Below, piece after piece: positions 30,487 to 39,818 of a DNA stretch of 64,000 bases. The position numbers and the translations under genes are program-made. Below the pieces are notes generated by a model. It was not told the DNA's origin. It made no database searches and saw only the letters and a list, made by a program, of their open reading frames with translations. Source of the DNA: an uncultured Planctomycetia bacterium (lineage in GTDB: Bacteria; Omnitrophota; Gorgyraeia; Tantalellales; Tantalellaceae); the NCBI GenBank assembly GCA_964527555.1, contig CAZGOG010000003.1, forward strand, positions 4,320 through 68,319, given 5' to 3'. Positions within the stretch are counted from its first letter, which is position 1. Every line of letters begins with the position of its first letter.

Positions 30487-31053
30487 ATGTTCAGCGACCC
30501 AATATTTAGAGCGGCTGTCGGGGTATCACTTCTGGCGCATTTAGCATTCGTGGTGCCGCATGGTTTTTTCTTTCCCAGGGGAAAAACTACCCCCAAAGAC
30601 CCGGCAAATTTGAATTATATAGTGATAGAGGAAGCCCGGTTGACTGAGGACAATGAGGTTTACACGCCGGAGGCTTCCAAGGAGGAAAAAGCAGAAGAGT
30701 ACGTAGAAAAAGAAGTGGAAACCTTTTCAGGTGAAGTCAAGACCGAAAAGGCGACCGAGATAAAAAGACAGGAAGCTTTTCTTAAGTATTACAATTTGAT
30801 CAGGGAGAAGATACGAGCGGAGATATACTCTAGCTTTAAGAGGCGCGAGACAGGGGAAGTGCGAGTCACATTTGTTTTGAGTTCAGACGGACATCTTCTA
30901 AGTATAGCAGAGGCAGTTTCAGGCAGCTCCTCTGTGCTCAAAAAGAAAGCCATCGAAGGGGTAAAAGAGGCGCAGCCCTTCCCTCCGTTTCCGAAAGAAA
31001 TGAGAAGTGCTCCCATAAATTTTTCTCTTACTATCAGGTTTAATTCGAAGTGA
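30487..31053 (+). CDS. TonB-like energy transducer (short)
   Basis: N-terminal TM with SLLAH motif; C-terminal GEVRVTFVLSSDG and AQPFPPFP; extended -10 TGCTATAAT at 30438-30446. Confidence 0.75.
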   Translation: MFSDPIFRAAVGVSLLAHLAFVVPHGFFFPRGKTTPKDPANLNYIVIEEARLTEDNEVYTPEASKEEKAEEYVEKEVETFSGEVKTEKATEIKRQEAFLKYYNLIREKIRAEIYSSFKRRETGEVRVTFVLSSDGHLLSIAEAVSGSSSVLKKKAIEGVKEAQPFPPFPKEMRSAPINFSLTIRFNSK

Positions 31054-31090
31054 TTTTTCTCGTTTTATTAATTTTTATAAAAGAAGTGAA

Positions 31091-32200
31091 ATGAGCCAGT
31101 TTATAATAGAGCTTGCGAAAGAGACTGACGATCCAGGCATACGGGACCTCCTGAGTAATATCCCGATGGAGGGGGATATTGAGATGTCTTTCCACAGGGA
31201 CCCGAGTGTTTTTTACAGCCTGGGCGTGCAGGGTAAATTCAATCAGATAGTAGTCGCCAGAGACACTAAGCGCGGCAGAATAGTCGCCAGCCAGACCAGG
31301 TCCATAAAACCCGTATACATTAACGGCGAAGTTAAAAACCTTGGCTATACGAGTTACCTCAGGATACTTCCTGAGTACAGGCGCTCGACACTGCTTGGCA
31401 GAGGGCTTAAATATTTTAAAACTTTAAACGAAGACGGCAGGGTTTCGGTATATGTAACCTCTATTTTCGATAGCAATGAATACGCAAAGAAATGGATGGT
31501 ATCCGGCAAAGCCGGCATGCCTATAACTTATGAGCTGGGGGCGTATCACACTTTTTCTATTATTCCTTTCCGCAGGAAGAAAGAGATAAAAACCGATCTC
31601 AAGGTTGAGAGAGGTTCGAGGGAAAACTTAGGAGGGATCCTCGAGTGTCTGGCGCGTTATGGCCGTGAAAAACAGTTCTACCCGTATTACACGCGGGAGG
31701 ATTTTATTCCGGGCGCCACTTACTCGAGAGATTTTAACGTAGAGGATTTTTATATTGCTTTAAAGGGCGACAAAATAGTGGGTGTAATCGCCAAATGGGA
31801 CCAGAACGGGTATAAACAGACAGTCATCAACAGATATAACGGGAAAATGAGACGCTTAAAGCCTCTGGTAAACTTTGGGTCTAGACTGTTGGGATACCCC
31901 CCCATGCCGGAAGCCGGAGACTATTTGAGGTTCTTTCAGGTAAGTTTTATTGCCATTATGGATAACGACGTAGATGTTTTCCGCATCCTGCTCCGCAGGC
32001 TATATAACGATAATATCGGCGGGGCGCACACTACTTTTCTGGTCGGACTTCATTCGAAGGATCCTTTAATAAAAGCACTTGAAGAATATCACCATTTCAA
32101 ATATGATAGTCGGATATATCTTTTCGGCTGGGAGGAAAACAGGAAAGATCTTGATGATGTTGATTCGAGGATTCCATACTTTGAAATAGGAAGATTATGA
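31091..32200 (+). CDS. Uncharacterised GNAT-fold protein, probably tandem domains
   Basis: LGYTSYLRILPEYRRSTL resembles GNAT motif A; second half has FYIALKGDKIVGVIA. Confidence 0.6.
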   Translation: MSQFIIELAKETDDPGIRDLLSNIPMEGDIEMSFHRDPSVFYSLGVQGKFNQIVVARDTKRGRIVASQTRSIKPVYINGEVKNLGYTSYLRILPEYRRSTLLGRGLKYFKTLNEDGRVSVYVTSIFDSNEYAKKWMVSGKAGMPITYELGAYHTFSIIPFRRKKEIKTDLKVERGSRENLGGILECLARYGREKQFYPYYTREDFIPGATYSRDFNVEDFYIALKGDKIVGVIAKWDQNGYKQTVINRYNGKMRRLKPLVNFGSRLLGYPPMPEAGDYLRFFQVSFIAIMDNDVDVFRILLRRLYNDNIGGAHTTFLVGLHSKDPLIKALEEYHHFKYDSRIYLFGWEENRKDLDDVDSRIPYFEIGRL

Positions 32201-32201
32201 C

Positions 32202-32933
32202 ATGGAAACAAAAGGCACCGTTTTAAACACAAATGAACTTTCAGCTGGCCAGAAGGGCAGGATGTTCGAGCTTATGTGCATGTTCTTTAACGGCGTGGAG
32301 AAGGATAAATTCAGCAGGGATTTAAGCGAAAAAAAGTGGGTTGTCGTTCTCCAGGATACGGACTCAGGCGAGATATTCGGCTTTTCTACCCAGACTATCC
32401 TGGAAGAGAGGATCGATAGCACACCCGTTAAAGTGATCTTTTCCGGTGACACGATAGTTCATAGGGACTATCGCTTCGGTGAAAAGGGTCTTATGAAAGC
32501 ATGGGCAGAGCTGGTTTCTTCGCTCATGATAAAGTACCAGGGGGTAAAATTCTACTGGTATCTGATATCCATGGGGTACAGGACCTACCGCTTTCTTCCT
32601 GTCTTTTTCAAGGAATTTTATCCCCGCTATGATAAAGAGACTCCGGAATTCGAGAAGAAGGTCATTGACGCGTTCGCATCCAGTAAGTATCCCGATGAAT
32701 ACGATAGTAAGATGGGGATAATACACACCAGATCAAACGGTTATTTAAAACCGGGAGTGGGGGATATAACAGAGGAGCTTTTAAAAGATCAGCATATAGA
32801 GTTTTTTGTCAAGAGGAACCCGCTTCATGCTGAGGGGGAAGAGCTGGCCTGTATCGCTGAGCTGGTCAAGGATAACCTTAATCCGGTAGCCTTCAGGATG
32901 CTTTCCAAAGATAATCCACTACGTTTCTTATAA
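32202..32933 (+). CDS. Uncharacterised GNAT-like protein
   Basis: EIFGFST, FSGDTIVHRDYR, YWYLISMGYRTYRFLP; tightly packed between its neighbours. Confidence 0.55.
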   Translation: METKGTVLNTNELSAGQKGRMFELMCMFFNGVEKDKFSRDLSEKKWVVVLQDTDSGEIFGFSTQTILEERIDSTPVKVIFSGDTIVHRDYRFGEKGLMKAWAELVSSLMIKYQGVKFYWYLISMGYRTYRFLPVFFKEFYPRYDKETPEFEKKVIDAFASSKYPDEYDSKMGIIHTRSNGYLKPGVGDITEELLKDQHIEFFVKRNPLHAEGEELACIAELVKDNLNPVAFRMLSKDNPLRFL

Positions 32934-32935
32934 TC

Positions 32936-34645
32936 ATGAGATTGATGTCTTTAGCGATGAATATTTTGCTTTTAGCGGTGCGCCTGGGCGGGTATCTTTC
33001 TTTTAACCGGGCAAGGCGCAGTGTGCAAAAAACCCAGGAGAAATTGCTAAACAGAATAATTCTCAAGAATAAAGAGAGCCGTTTCGGCCGGGAACATGAC
33101 TTCTCCTCGATAGAGAGTGTTTCCAGTTACAGATCTAAAGTGCCTGTTTCAACCTTTGATTCGTATCTGGCCGATGTCGATTCTATTTTAAACGGGGAGA
33201 AAAATGTCCTCACGAAAGAGCCCGTCCTATTCCTGCAGCCCTCAAGCGGCTCGACAGCCGAGAGCAAGTATATTCCTTTCACAAAAAGCTTGAAGAACGA
33301 GTTTTTAAGAGGCATCAGACCCTGGTTTTTCGACCTTTTCGTTAAACGGAGGCGACTTCTAGGGGGCAAGGCATACTGGTCTATAAGCCCGGCAGGAAGT
33401 AAACTGAAGAAGGCGGGTGTAAAGCCTGCCATCGGCTTTGATGACAGCGAGTATTTCAGCCTGGCGGAGAAGACCCTGCTGAAGCTTCTAAGCGCAGTGC
33501 CTTTGGAAATACAAGAGGTACAAGACTTCCGGGATTTTAAATACGTGAGTTTACTGTTTCTCCTGAAGGAGAAGAGTCTCACCTTTATATCAGTCTGGAA
33601 TCCGACTTTCCTGACCATTCTACTGGAGGATCTTCTCTCCTGGAGCGATAATCTCGTAAGCGATATAGGGGATGGCAGGATCACCGGCACTTTAAATATC
33701 GATGAAGATTTAAAAAAGAAGCTTACTCGCCATTTGAAAAAAGACGCAAAAAGAGCGGAGGAGCTCCGCGGGATTTTCAGGCAAGCCAAAGGTCCTTCTA
33801 TTTCCGGTGGTAAGGCGCTGCACGGGAGGATATGGCCGCACCTGGCTGTAATCAGCTGCTGGGCTGACGGGAATGCTTCCCGCCACATAAAAGAGATAAA
33901 AGAGATATTCCCGAACGTGGAAATACAGCCCAAAGGCCTCTTGGCGACTGAGGCTTTTGTCTCTTTCCCCGTGGTGGGGGATGAAGGATCGGCCCTTGCG
34001 GTTAATTCCCATTTTTTTGAATTCATTGAAATCGAAAAAGAGGGGGGAACTACCGGCGGGGACACAAAGTTAGCACACGAACTCGAGGCGAAGAGGAGCT
34101 ACTCGCCTGTAATAACGACGGGAGGGGGCCTCTACCGTTACCACTTGCAGGATATCATTGAGGTCCTAAAGGTTAAAAACGGCCTTGCTTTTATCAGGTT
34201 TATCGGAAAGAGCGATAATGTCTCGGATCTGATGGGTGAGAAACTAAACGCGTTACATGTAGAAAGCGTCCTCGCTGAAGTGATCGGGGAACATGATCTT
34301 GAGCCTGAATTTTTCATGATGGCACCGGAGAAGGACGAGAGAGGCCGTTATTACTACACCTTTTTTATAAAGTCTCCGGAAAAAAGCGATGAATGCCTGC
34401 TCGCGGCGGCAGGGGAAATAGAGAAGAAGCTTTCCGGGAACTTTCATTACGGGTACTCGAGGAAGCTGGACCAGCTAGGGCGTGTAAGAATTTTTGTCAT
34501 CGAAGAAGATTCAGCTTCCTCGAGGGATAAATATTTGATGCGCCAGGTGCGGGAAGGCAGAAAAGCGGGCGATATCAAGCCCATGATTTTGGAGAGGAGC
34601 ACCGGATGGTCAGAAGTTTTTAAAGGCAGATTTATCGGCGTTTAA
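32936..34645 (+). CDS. GH3-family acyl-adenylate-forming amido synthetase
   Basis: SSGSTAESKYIP (motif I), GLLATEA (motif II), TTGGGLYRYHLQD (motif III), MGEKL. Confidence 0.85.
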   Translation: MRLMSLAMNILLLAVRLGGYLSFNRARRSVQKTQEKLLNRIILKNKESRFGREHDFSSIESVSSYRSKVPVSTFDSYLADVDSILNGEKNVLTKEPVLFLQPSSGSTAESKYIPFTKSLKNEFLRGIRPWFFDLFVKRRRLLGGKAYWSISPAGSKLKKAGVKPAIGFDDSEYFSLAEKTLLKLLSAVPLEIQEVQDFRDFKYVSLLFLLKEKSLTFISVWNPTFLTILLEDLLSWSDNLVSDIGDGRITGTLNIDEDLKKKLTRHLKKDAKRAEELRGIFRQAKGPSISGGKALHGRIWPHLAVISCWADGNASRHIKEIKEIFPNVEIQPKGLLATEAFVSFPVVGDEGSALAVNSHFFEFIEIEKEGGTTGGDTKLAHELEAKRSYSPVITTGGGLYRYHLQDIIEVLKVKNGLAFIRFIGKSDNVSDLMGEKLNALHVESVLAEVIGEHDLEPEFFMMAPEKDERGRYYYTFFIKSPEKSDECLLAAAGEIEKKLSGNFHYGYSRKLDQLGRVRIFVIEEDSASSRDKYLMRQVREGRKAGDIKPMILERSTGWSEVFKGRFIGV

Positions 34646-34648
34646 ATG

Positions 34649-34677
34649 TTGATTTTCAGCCCGGAGTAGAGTATACT
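34649..34677 (+). promoter_or_regulatory. Sigma70 promoter of the marR-tolC-RND operon
   Basis: TTGATT-N17-TATACT. Confidence 0.7.
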
Positions 34678-34687
34678 TAAAATGTAA

Positions 34688-34710
34688 AATATTTAAAAAA
34701 TTTAAATATT
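34688..34710. promoter_or_regulatory. Putative MarR operator
   Basis: Perfect inverted repeat AATATTTAAA-aaa-TTTAAATATT just downstream of the -10 box. Confidence 0.6.
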
Positions 34711-34730
34711 AAAACTTAGGAGCTTTTAAA

Positions 34731-35186
34731 ATGACAGAAAAAATTAATAGCGCCCGTTTCAGCGAGGAGATGGCAAAGATGGTACCGCGCATGCTGAGGG
34801 AGTTTACGCGCAAACAAGAGAGCATCCTTTCCAAAGGGAACATAGCTCTTCCTCATGTAGTGATCCTTGATTGTCTGAGAGAAATGGGATCTTTAACCAT
34901 GGGGGAGCTTGCCAGGATACTCAACCTCACAATGAGCGCAGTGACTGTTATAATCGATAAAATGGTTGAACTGGGACTTGTCAAGAGAGAGCGTTCCAAG
35001 CAGGACAGAAGAATCGTAAATGTGATGCTTTTAAAAAAAGGCAGGGAAACAGCGGAAAAAGTCGATGAAGCACGAAAGGTAATGACAAGTGAGATCTATT
35101 CTGTTCTTTCGGGCGAGGAGAGGGTAGAGTATTTGAGGCTGATAAGAAAAGTTTATGAAAGTCTAGGGGTGAGAGATGAAAAGTAG
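34731..35186 (+). CDS. MarR family transcriptional regulator
   Basis: LTMGELARILNLTMSAVT..IDKMVELGLVKRERSKQDRR. Confidence 0.93.
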   Translation: MTEKINSARFSEEMAKMVPRMLREFTRKQESILSKGNIALPHVVILDCLREMGSLTMGELARILNLTMSAVTVIIDKMVELGLVKRERSKQDRRIVNVMLLKKGRETAEKVDEARKVMTSEIYSVLSGEERVEYLRLIRKVYESLGVRDEK

Positions 35187-36672
35187 AACTTTTAAAACTG
35201 CAATTTTGGCGGGCCTGGTGGCGCTCTTTGGTTTGGCTTACATTTATCCTTCGGCGGCGGAAGAGGAGAATAAGGATATCAGGGTCAGGAAGCTCTCTTT
35301 AGACGACTGTTTAAAAGACGCCCTTATAAACAGTTTTGAGGTGAGGCTGGCAAAACTTGATTATATGGTGGCAGAGACTGATGTACTCTATTCTCAAGCC
35401 GTATTTGATACTTTGGCGTTCGGAAATGTAAGTTACAGGGAAGACAAAAGCCAGCAGGAGTATACCTTTATCGGGGACGATAATCAGATAAATATGTATG
35501 GTATAGGTTTTACGAAGGAGCTCCCCATAGGGACCGAGATCGGAGTTTCATGGCAGGACACAAGAAACTGGAATAATTTCAGCAACCCCTTTTTTATCAC
35601 AAAAAACCCTTATCATGAAGCTGTTTTGACCTTTGAGGCAAAGCAGCCCGTAGGAAAGAACTTTTTCGGATATATAGACCGTAATACCGTTAACGTCACA
35701 AAGATGGCTGTCGAGAATGCGGATCTGGGGACGAAGGAAAGGATAGAGATCTTTATTGCAGAGGTTGCAAAGGCCTACTGGGCGGTGGTTGCCGCTAAGA
35801 AAAGGCTCGGTACCACTGAAGATATTTTAAAAAAAGCCCGGGCCCTTCATGAGTCGAACTCGAAAAATTATGACCTGGGGGCTATAGAAAAAGCGGACTT
35901 CCTGGCTTCAGAGGCCAACTTGATCTTAAGTGAAGCGGATGTGATATTCGCTGTTAACAGTTACCGCGAAAATGAAGAAAATCTTAAGCTTTTGCTCAAT
36001 ATGGAAGAAGACATACGCATTTATCCGGCAGAAGAGTTTAGCCTGGAAAAGTCGGAGTATGACGTCGCGACCTGTCTGCGCATTGCTTTTGAGAATAGGT
36101 GGGATTACAAGATAAGGAAGAGGGATATTGATATCAGGAATCTGGAAATAAAGATAAAGGATAACCAGATGTGGCCTGAGATAGATCTTACCGGCAGCTT
36201 CGCTATGAACGGTTTGGAGCAAAGTTTTACAAAAGCCGCGGGCAAAACAGTTGTTGCTGATAATACGAATTACGTTGTCGGAATAGAGGTATCGTTCCCC
36301 GTTGAAAACAGCGCGGCCCGCAGTGAGTTCAAAAAAGCCAAGTATGAGAAAGAGATAGCTCTTGTAAACCTTAAGGAGACGGAAAGAACAATTATAACCG
36401 AAGTCGTGAATGCTTTTAGGAATCTTCGGGCGGCTGAGACCAACGCCGTCAGCGTTTCTAGAGCCGCGAAACTTCAGGCTGAAAAGCTCGAGGAAGAGGA
36501 GAAGCGTTATAAATATGGAAGATCGATGACCAAGGTGCTTATAGACTACCAGAATGATTTATTGCGGGCTGATTTAAGGGAAACACAGGCTTTGCTCAAC
36601 ATGGAAGTCGCTAAAATCGATCTCGAAAAAGCGATGAATATCATACTTGATAAATATAAGGGGCTGTTATGA
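35176..36672 (+). CDS. TolC-family outer-membrane efflux protein
   Basis: Signal peptide, LSLDDCLKDAL, EVAKAYW, WPEIDL, EEKRYKYG. Confidence 0.87.
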   Translation: MKSRTFKTAILAGLVALFGLAYIYPSAAEEENKDIRVRKLSLDDCLKDALINSFEVRLAKLDYMVAETDVLYSQAVFDTLAFGNVSYREDKSQQEYTFIGDDNQINMYGIGFTKELPIGTEIGVSWQDTRNWNNFSNPFFITKNPYHEAVLTFEAKQPVGKNFFGYIDRNTVNVTKMAVENADLGTKERIEIFIAEVAKAYWAVVAAKKRLGTTEDILKKARALHESNSKNYDLGAIEKADFLASEANLILSEADVIFAVNSYRENEENLKLLLNMEEDIRIYPAEEFSLEKSEYDVATCLRIAFENRWDYKIRKRDIDIRNLEIKIKDNQMWPEIDLTGSFAMNGLEQSFTKAAGKTVVADNTNYVVGIEVSFPVENSAARSEFKKAKYEKEIALVNLKETERTIITEVVNAFRNLRAAETNAVSVSRAAKLQAEKLEEEEKRYKYGRSMTKVLIDYQNDLLRADLRETQALLNMEVAKIDLEKAMNIILDKYKGLL

Positions 36673-39600
36673 GCATACCGCGGTTTAGCGTAAACAACTC
36701 ACTCTTTGTCAATCTTATCTCCGTTATCATCCTGATAATAGGCGGGATCACTGTTTTTGGTTTGAACCGCGAGGTGTTCCCGAATGTGGCGTTTGATATG
36801 GTGACCGTTAGCACCGTGTATCCGGGGGCGACACCTGAGGATATCGAGAAACTCATAACCGTTCCCATAGAGAAAGAGATAAAAGAAGTTGACGGTATCA
36901 AGGAGGTAGTCTCTTCATCCGCAGTGGGCGTATCTCTTGTCCAGATTAAGATAGATCCCGATGAATCGAATAAGCAAAAGGTGGTAAGAGACATACAAAG
37001 CGCCGTAGACAGGGTAAAAGACCTGCCGAAGGATATTTACGAGGACCCTGTCGTGACAGAGATCACGAGTAAAAATTATCCGATTATAGAGGTGTCTCTC
37101 TCCGGGGATATGACGGAGAAAAAACTCCAGGAATATGCCGATGCGCTTGAGGATGAGCTTGAAGATATAGAAGGCGTTGCGCGCATACAGAAAAGCGGAT
37201 ACAGGGACAAGGAGATGCAGATCCTCGTCGACGAGGAAAAACTCAAGGAATTCTATGTCTCTATTGACGAAATCGCCATGGCTCTTGCCCTGCGTAATGT
37301 CAGTATTCCCGCCGGCAGGCTTAATACGGCTACTACCGAATACAGCATAAGGACCAGCGGAGAGTTCGAGACCAAAGAAGAGGTAGAAAACGTCATCATC
37401 AGGGCCAATGATGCAGGAAACTGGCTGAGGATCAAGGATGTGGCGCGCGTCGAGGACACGTTTAAAGATGAAGATATAATAAATAAAACCTTGGGGACCC
37501 GGTCGATTAATCTGGTGGTCATGAAAAAAGAATCCGGCGATGCCATAAGCATGGTACGGGACGTAAGAGGAGTCTGTGCCAGGTTTCTTGAGAAGATACC
37601 CGGCAACCTTGAAATATCTTTCGTTAATGACTATGCGTTTTATGCCAACAGACGTCTCAGGGTCTTAAGGAACAATGCCTGGTTCGGTATGATACTGGTT
37701 ATAGCATGCATGCTTATATTCCTGCAGAAGCGCATAGCTTTTTTGACCGTTCTGGGTATTCCTATCGCGTTTTTCTGTACGTTCATCGTTATGGATATGA
37801 TGGGGATAACAGTGAACTTGATCAGCATGTTCGGTCTTGTCATAGTTCTCGGTATGCTCGTTGATGACGGTATAATCGTAGCTGAGAACGTTTACCGTTA
37901 TATTGAGGATGGCATGCCGCCCCGCCAGGCGGCTGTTAAGGGTACGGAAGAAGTGATGGGGGCGGTCGTCTCAGCTGTCCTGACGACGGTCGCTGCGTTT
38001 ACACCTTTACTTTTCATGTCGGGCCTTATCGGTAAATTCGTCAGGAACATACCCACCGTCGTTATTATTGCGCTCATGGCTTCGCTTGGAGAAGCGCTTA
38101 TTATACTTCCGAGTCATTTAGCTGACTTTGTGCGGGTAAAATACGATGCAGCAGGGAAACCCGTGGGATTGGCCCGGGACATGCCTTGGTTCCGCAGGCT
38201 AGTTTCGATATATACCAGGGTAGTGAGGGCCGCTATCAGAAGGAAATATAAGGTCATCATAGGGATCTCGGCGGTTCTGGCTATTTGCGGTTTTGTGGCT
38301 TTTTACGTCATAAAGTTCATTCTTTTTCCTTATTCGGGGATAAATTTTTTCTTTATAAGAGCCGAAGCCCCGATAGGCACCCCCCTGGAGAAGACAAACG
38401 AACTTATCGCGCCGATAGAAGACATCATCTCGCAGCTTCCCGGTGACGAACTTGATACGTACGTGACGATGATAGGCAATATACAGGAAGAGAGGCAGGA
38501 TCCCTTTGCGCGTCAGGCGAGTAATCTGGCGCAGGTCACTGTGTATCTGACGCAGGAGCAGGACCGTAAACGCAAGGTAGAGGAGATAGTAGCGGAGGTG
38601 CGCGAGAAGGCAAAAGACATAAAAGGTTTTGATGACATGAGGTTCGATCTCCCACAGACGGGGCCGCCGGTCGGTAAGGCAGTTGAAGCCAGGATCAGGG
38701 GGGAAGACTTTGAGACGCTTGACAAAATAGCTTTCGAATACATGGATTATATGAAGACGATAGACGGAACGACGGATATCACATGGGACCATAAACCCGG
38801 AAAAGAAGAAATACGCGTGAAAGTCGACCATAACAGAGCGACTCTGGCGGGCTTGTCCATAGGCCAGATCGCCAAGACTATTAGAGGCGTTTTCCAGGGC
38901 GAGATCGCGACGAAAATAAAACCGGTAAAAGCTGAGGAAGAGACGGATGTCACAATAAGGTTTGAAGAAGCGAAAGACGCTTCGACTCTCGATATTTTCG
39001 ACAAGATACTTATTGCCAACAGGTTCGGCAATCTCATACCGCTTAACAAGGTGGCGACAATAGAGAAGGTGCCGGGGGCCACAACGATACATCATCTGGA
39101 CGGCAAACGGGTCGTTACAGCTTCAAGCAACGTGGACACCAAGAAAACCACGTCACTCAAAGTCAACAGCATGCTGGAGAAAAAATTCAGTGATCTTTCG
39201 GACAGATACATCAGTTATTCCGTTAAATACGGGGGGGAGCAGGAAGAGACTCTGGATTCACTGAAAAGCTTATTAAAGGCGTTCTTTTTTGCGTTTTTGG
39301 TCGTATATATGATACTGGCGTCCTTTTTTAAGTCGCTTGTGCAACCCTTTGTTGTCATGCTGGCGATTCCTTTCGGGCTGATCGGTGTCGTTCTGGCTTT
39401 TTTACTTCACGGCCTGCCCCTGTCTTTTATGGCGATTATGGGTGTTGTGGGGCTTAACGGCGTTGTTGTCAACGACTCCATTGTCTTGGTGGATTTCATA
39501 AACAAACTCAGAAACGAAGGGATGAGCAGGGCCGAATCCATAGTCAAGGCCGGCCAGATGAGGATACGCCCGGTTATACTGACGACAGTCACTACAGCAG

Positions 39601-39818
39601 GCGGGTTAAGCACGGTAGCCTACGGTCTGGGGGGCAAAGACCCGTTTCTTGTTCCCATGGCTGTTGCGCTTTGCTGGGGGCTGGTGTTTGCGACGGCGCT
39701 TACCCTTATCGTGGTTCCGTGCGTGTATTCCATCATAGACGATATTTCGATCAAGATAACGCATCACACAAGCATGATAAGAAGCGAAAAACTCAAAGAT
39801 GAGGAAGTGCGTAGATGA
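36669..39818 (+). CDS. RND efflux permease (AcrB/AcrD/AcrF family)
   Basis: YPGATPEDIE, GMLVDDGIIVAEN, GVVVNDSIVLVD, RIRPVILTT. Confidence 0.93.
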   Translation: MSIPRFSVNNSLFVNLISVIILIIGGITVFGLNREVFPNVAFDMVTVSTVYPGATPEDIEKLITVPIEKEIKEVDGIKEVVSSSAVGVSLVQIKIDPDESNKQKVVRDIQSAVDRVKDLPKDIYEDPVVTEITSKNYPIIEVSLSGDMTEKKLQEYADALEDELEDIEGVARIQKSGYRDKEMQILVDEEKLKEFYVSIDEIAMALALRNVSIPAGRLNTATTEYSIRTSGEFETKEEVENVIIRANDAGNWLRIKDVARVEDTFKDEDIINKTLGTRSINLVVMKKESGDAISMVRDVRGVCARFLEKIPGNLEISFVNDYAFYANRRLRVLRNNAWFGMILVIACMLIFLQKRIAFLTVLGIPIAFFCTFIVMDMMGITVNLISMFGLVIVLGMLVDDGIIVAENVYRYIEDGMPPRQAAVKGTEEVMGAVVSAVLTTVAAFTPLLFMSGLIGKFVRNIPTVVIIALMASLGEALIILPSHLADFVRVKYDAAGKPVGLARDMPWFRRLVSIYTRVVRAAIRRKYKVIIGISAVLAICGFVAFYVIKFILFPYSGINFFFIRAEAPIGTPLEKTNELIAPIEDIISQLPGDELDTYVTMIGNIQEERQDPFARQASNLAQVTVYLTQEQDRKRKVEEIVAEVREKAKDIKGFDDMRFDLPQTGPPVGKAVEARIRGEDFETLDKIAFEYMDYMKTIDGTTDITWDHKPGKEEIRVKVDHNRATLAGLSIGQIAKTIRGVFQGEIATKIKPVKAEEETDVTIRFEEAKDASTLDIFDKILIANRFGNLIPLNKVATIEKVPGATTIHHLDGKRVVTASSNVDTKKTTSLKVNSMLEKKFSDLSDRYISYSVKYGGEQEETLDSLKSLLKAFFFAFLVVYMILASFFKSLVQPFVVMLAIPFGLIGVVLAFLLHGLPLSFMAIMGVVGLNGVVVNDSIVLVDFINKLRNEGMSRAESIVKAGQMRIRPVILTTVTTAGGLSTVAYGLGGKDPFLVPMAVALCWGLVFATALTLIVVPCVYSIIDDISIKITHHTSMIRSEKLKDEEVRR

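Noticed and set aside
33127-39095. Long antisense ORFs 33127-34065 (312 aa) and 38199-39095 (298 aa)
   Set aside because: Both lie fully inside the GH3 and RND genes on the opposite strand and look like codon-bias shadows
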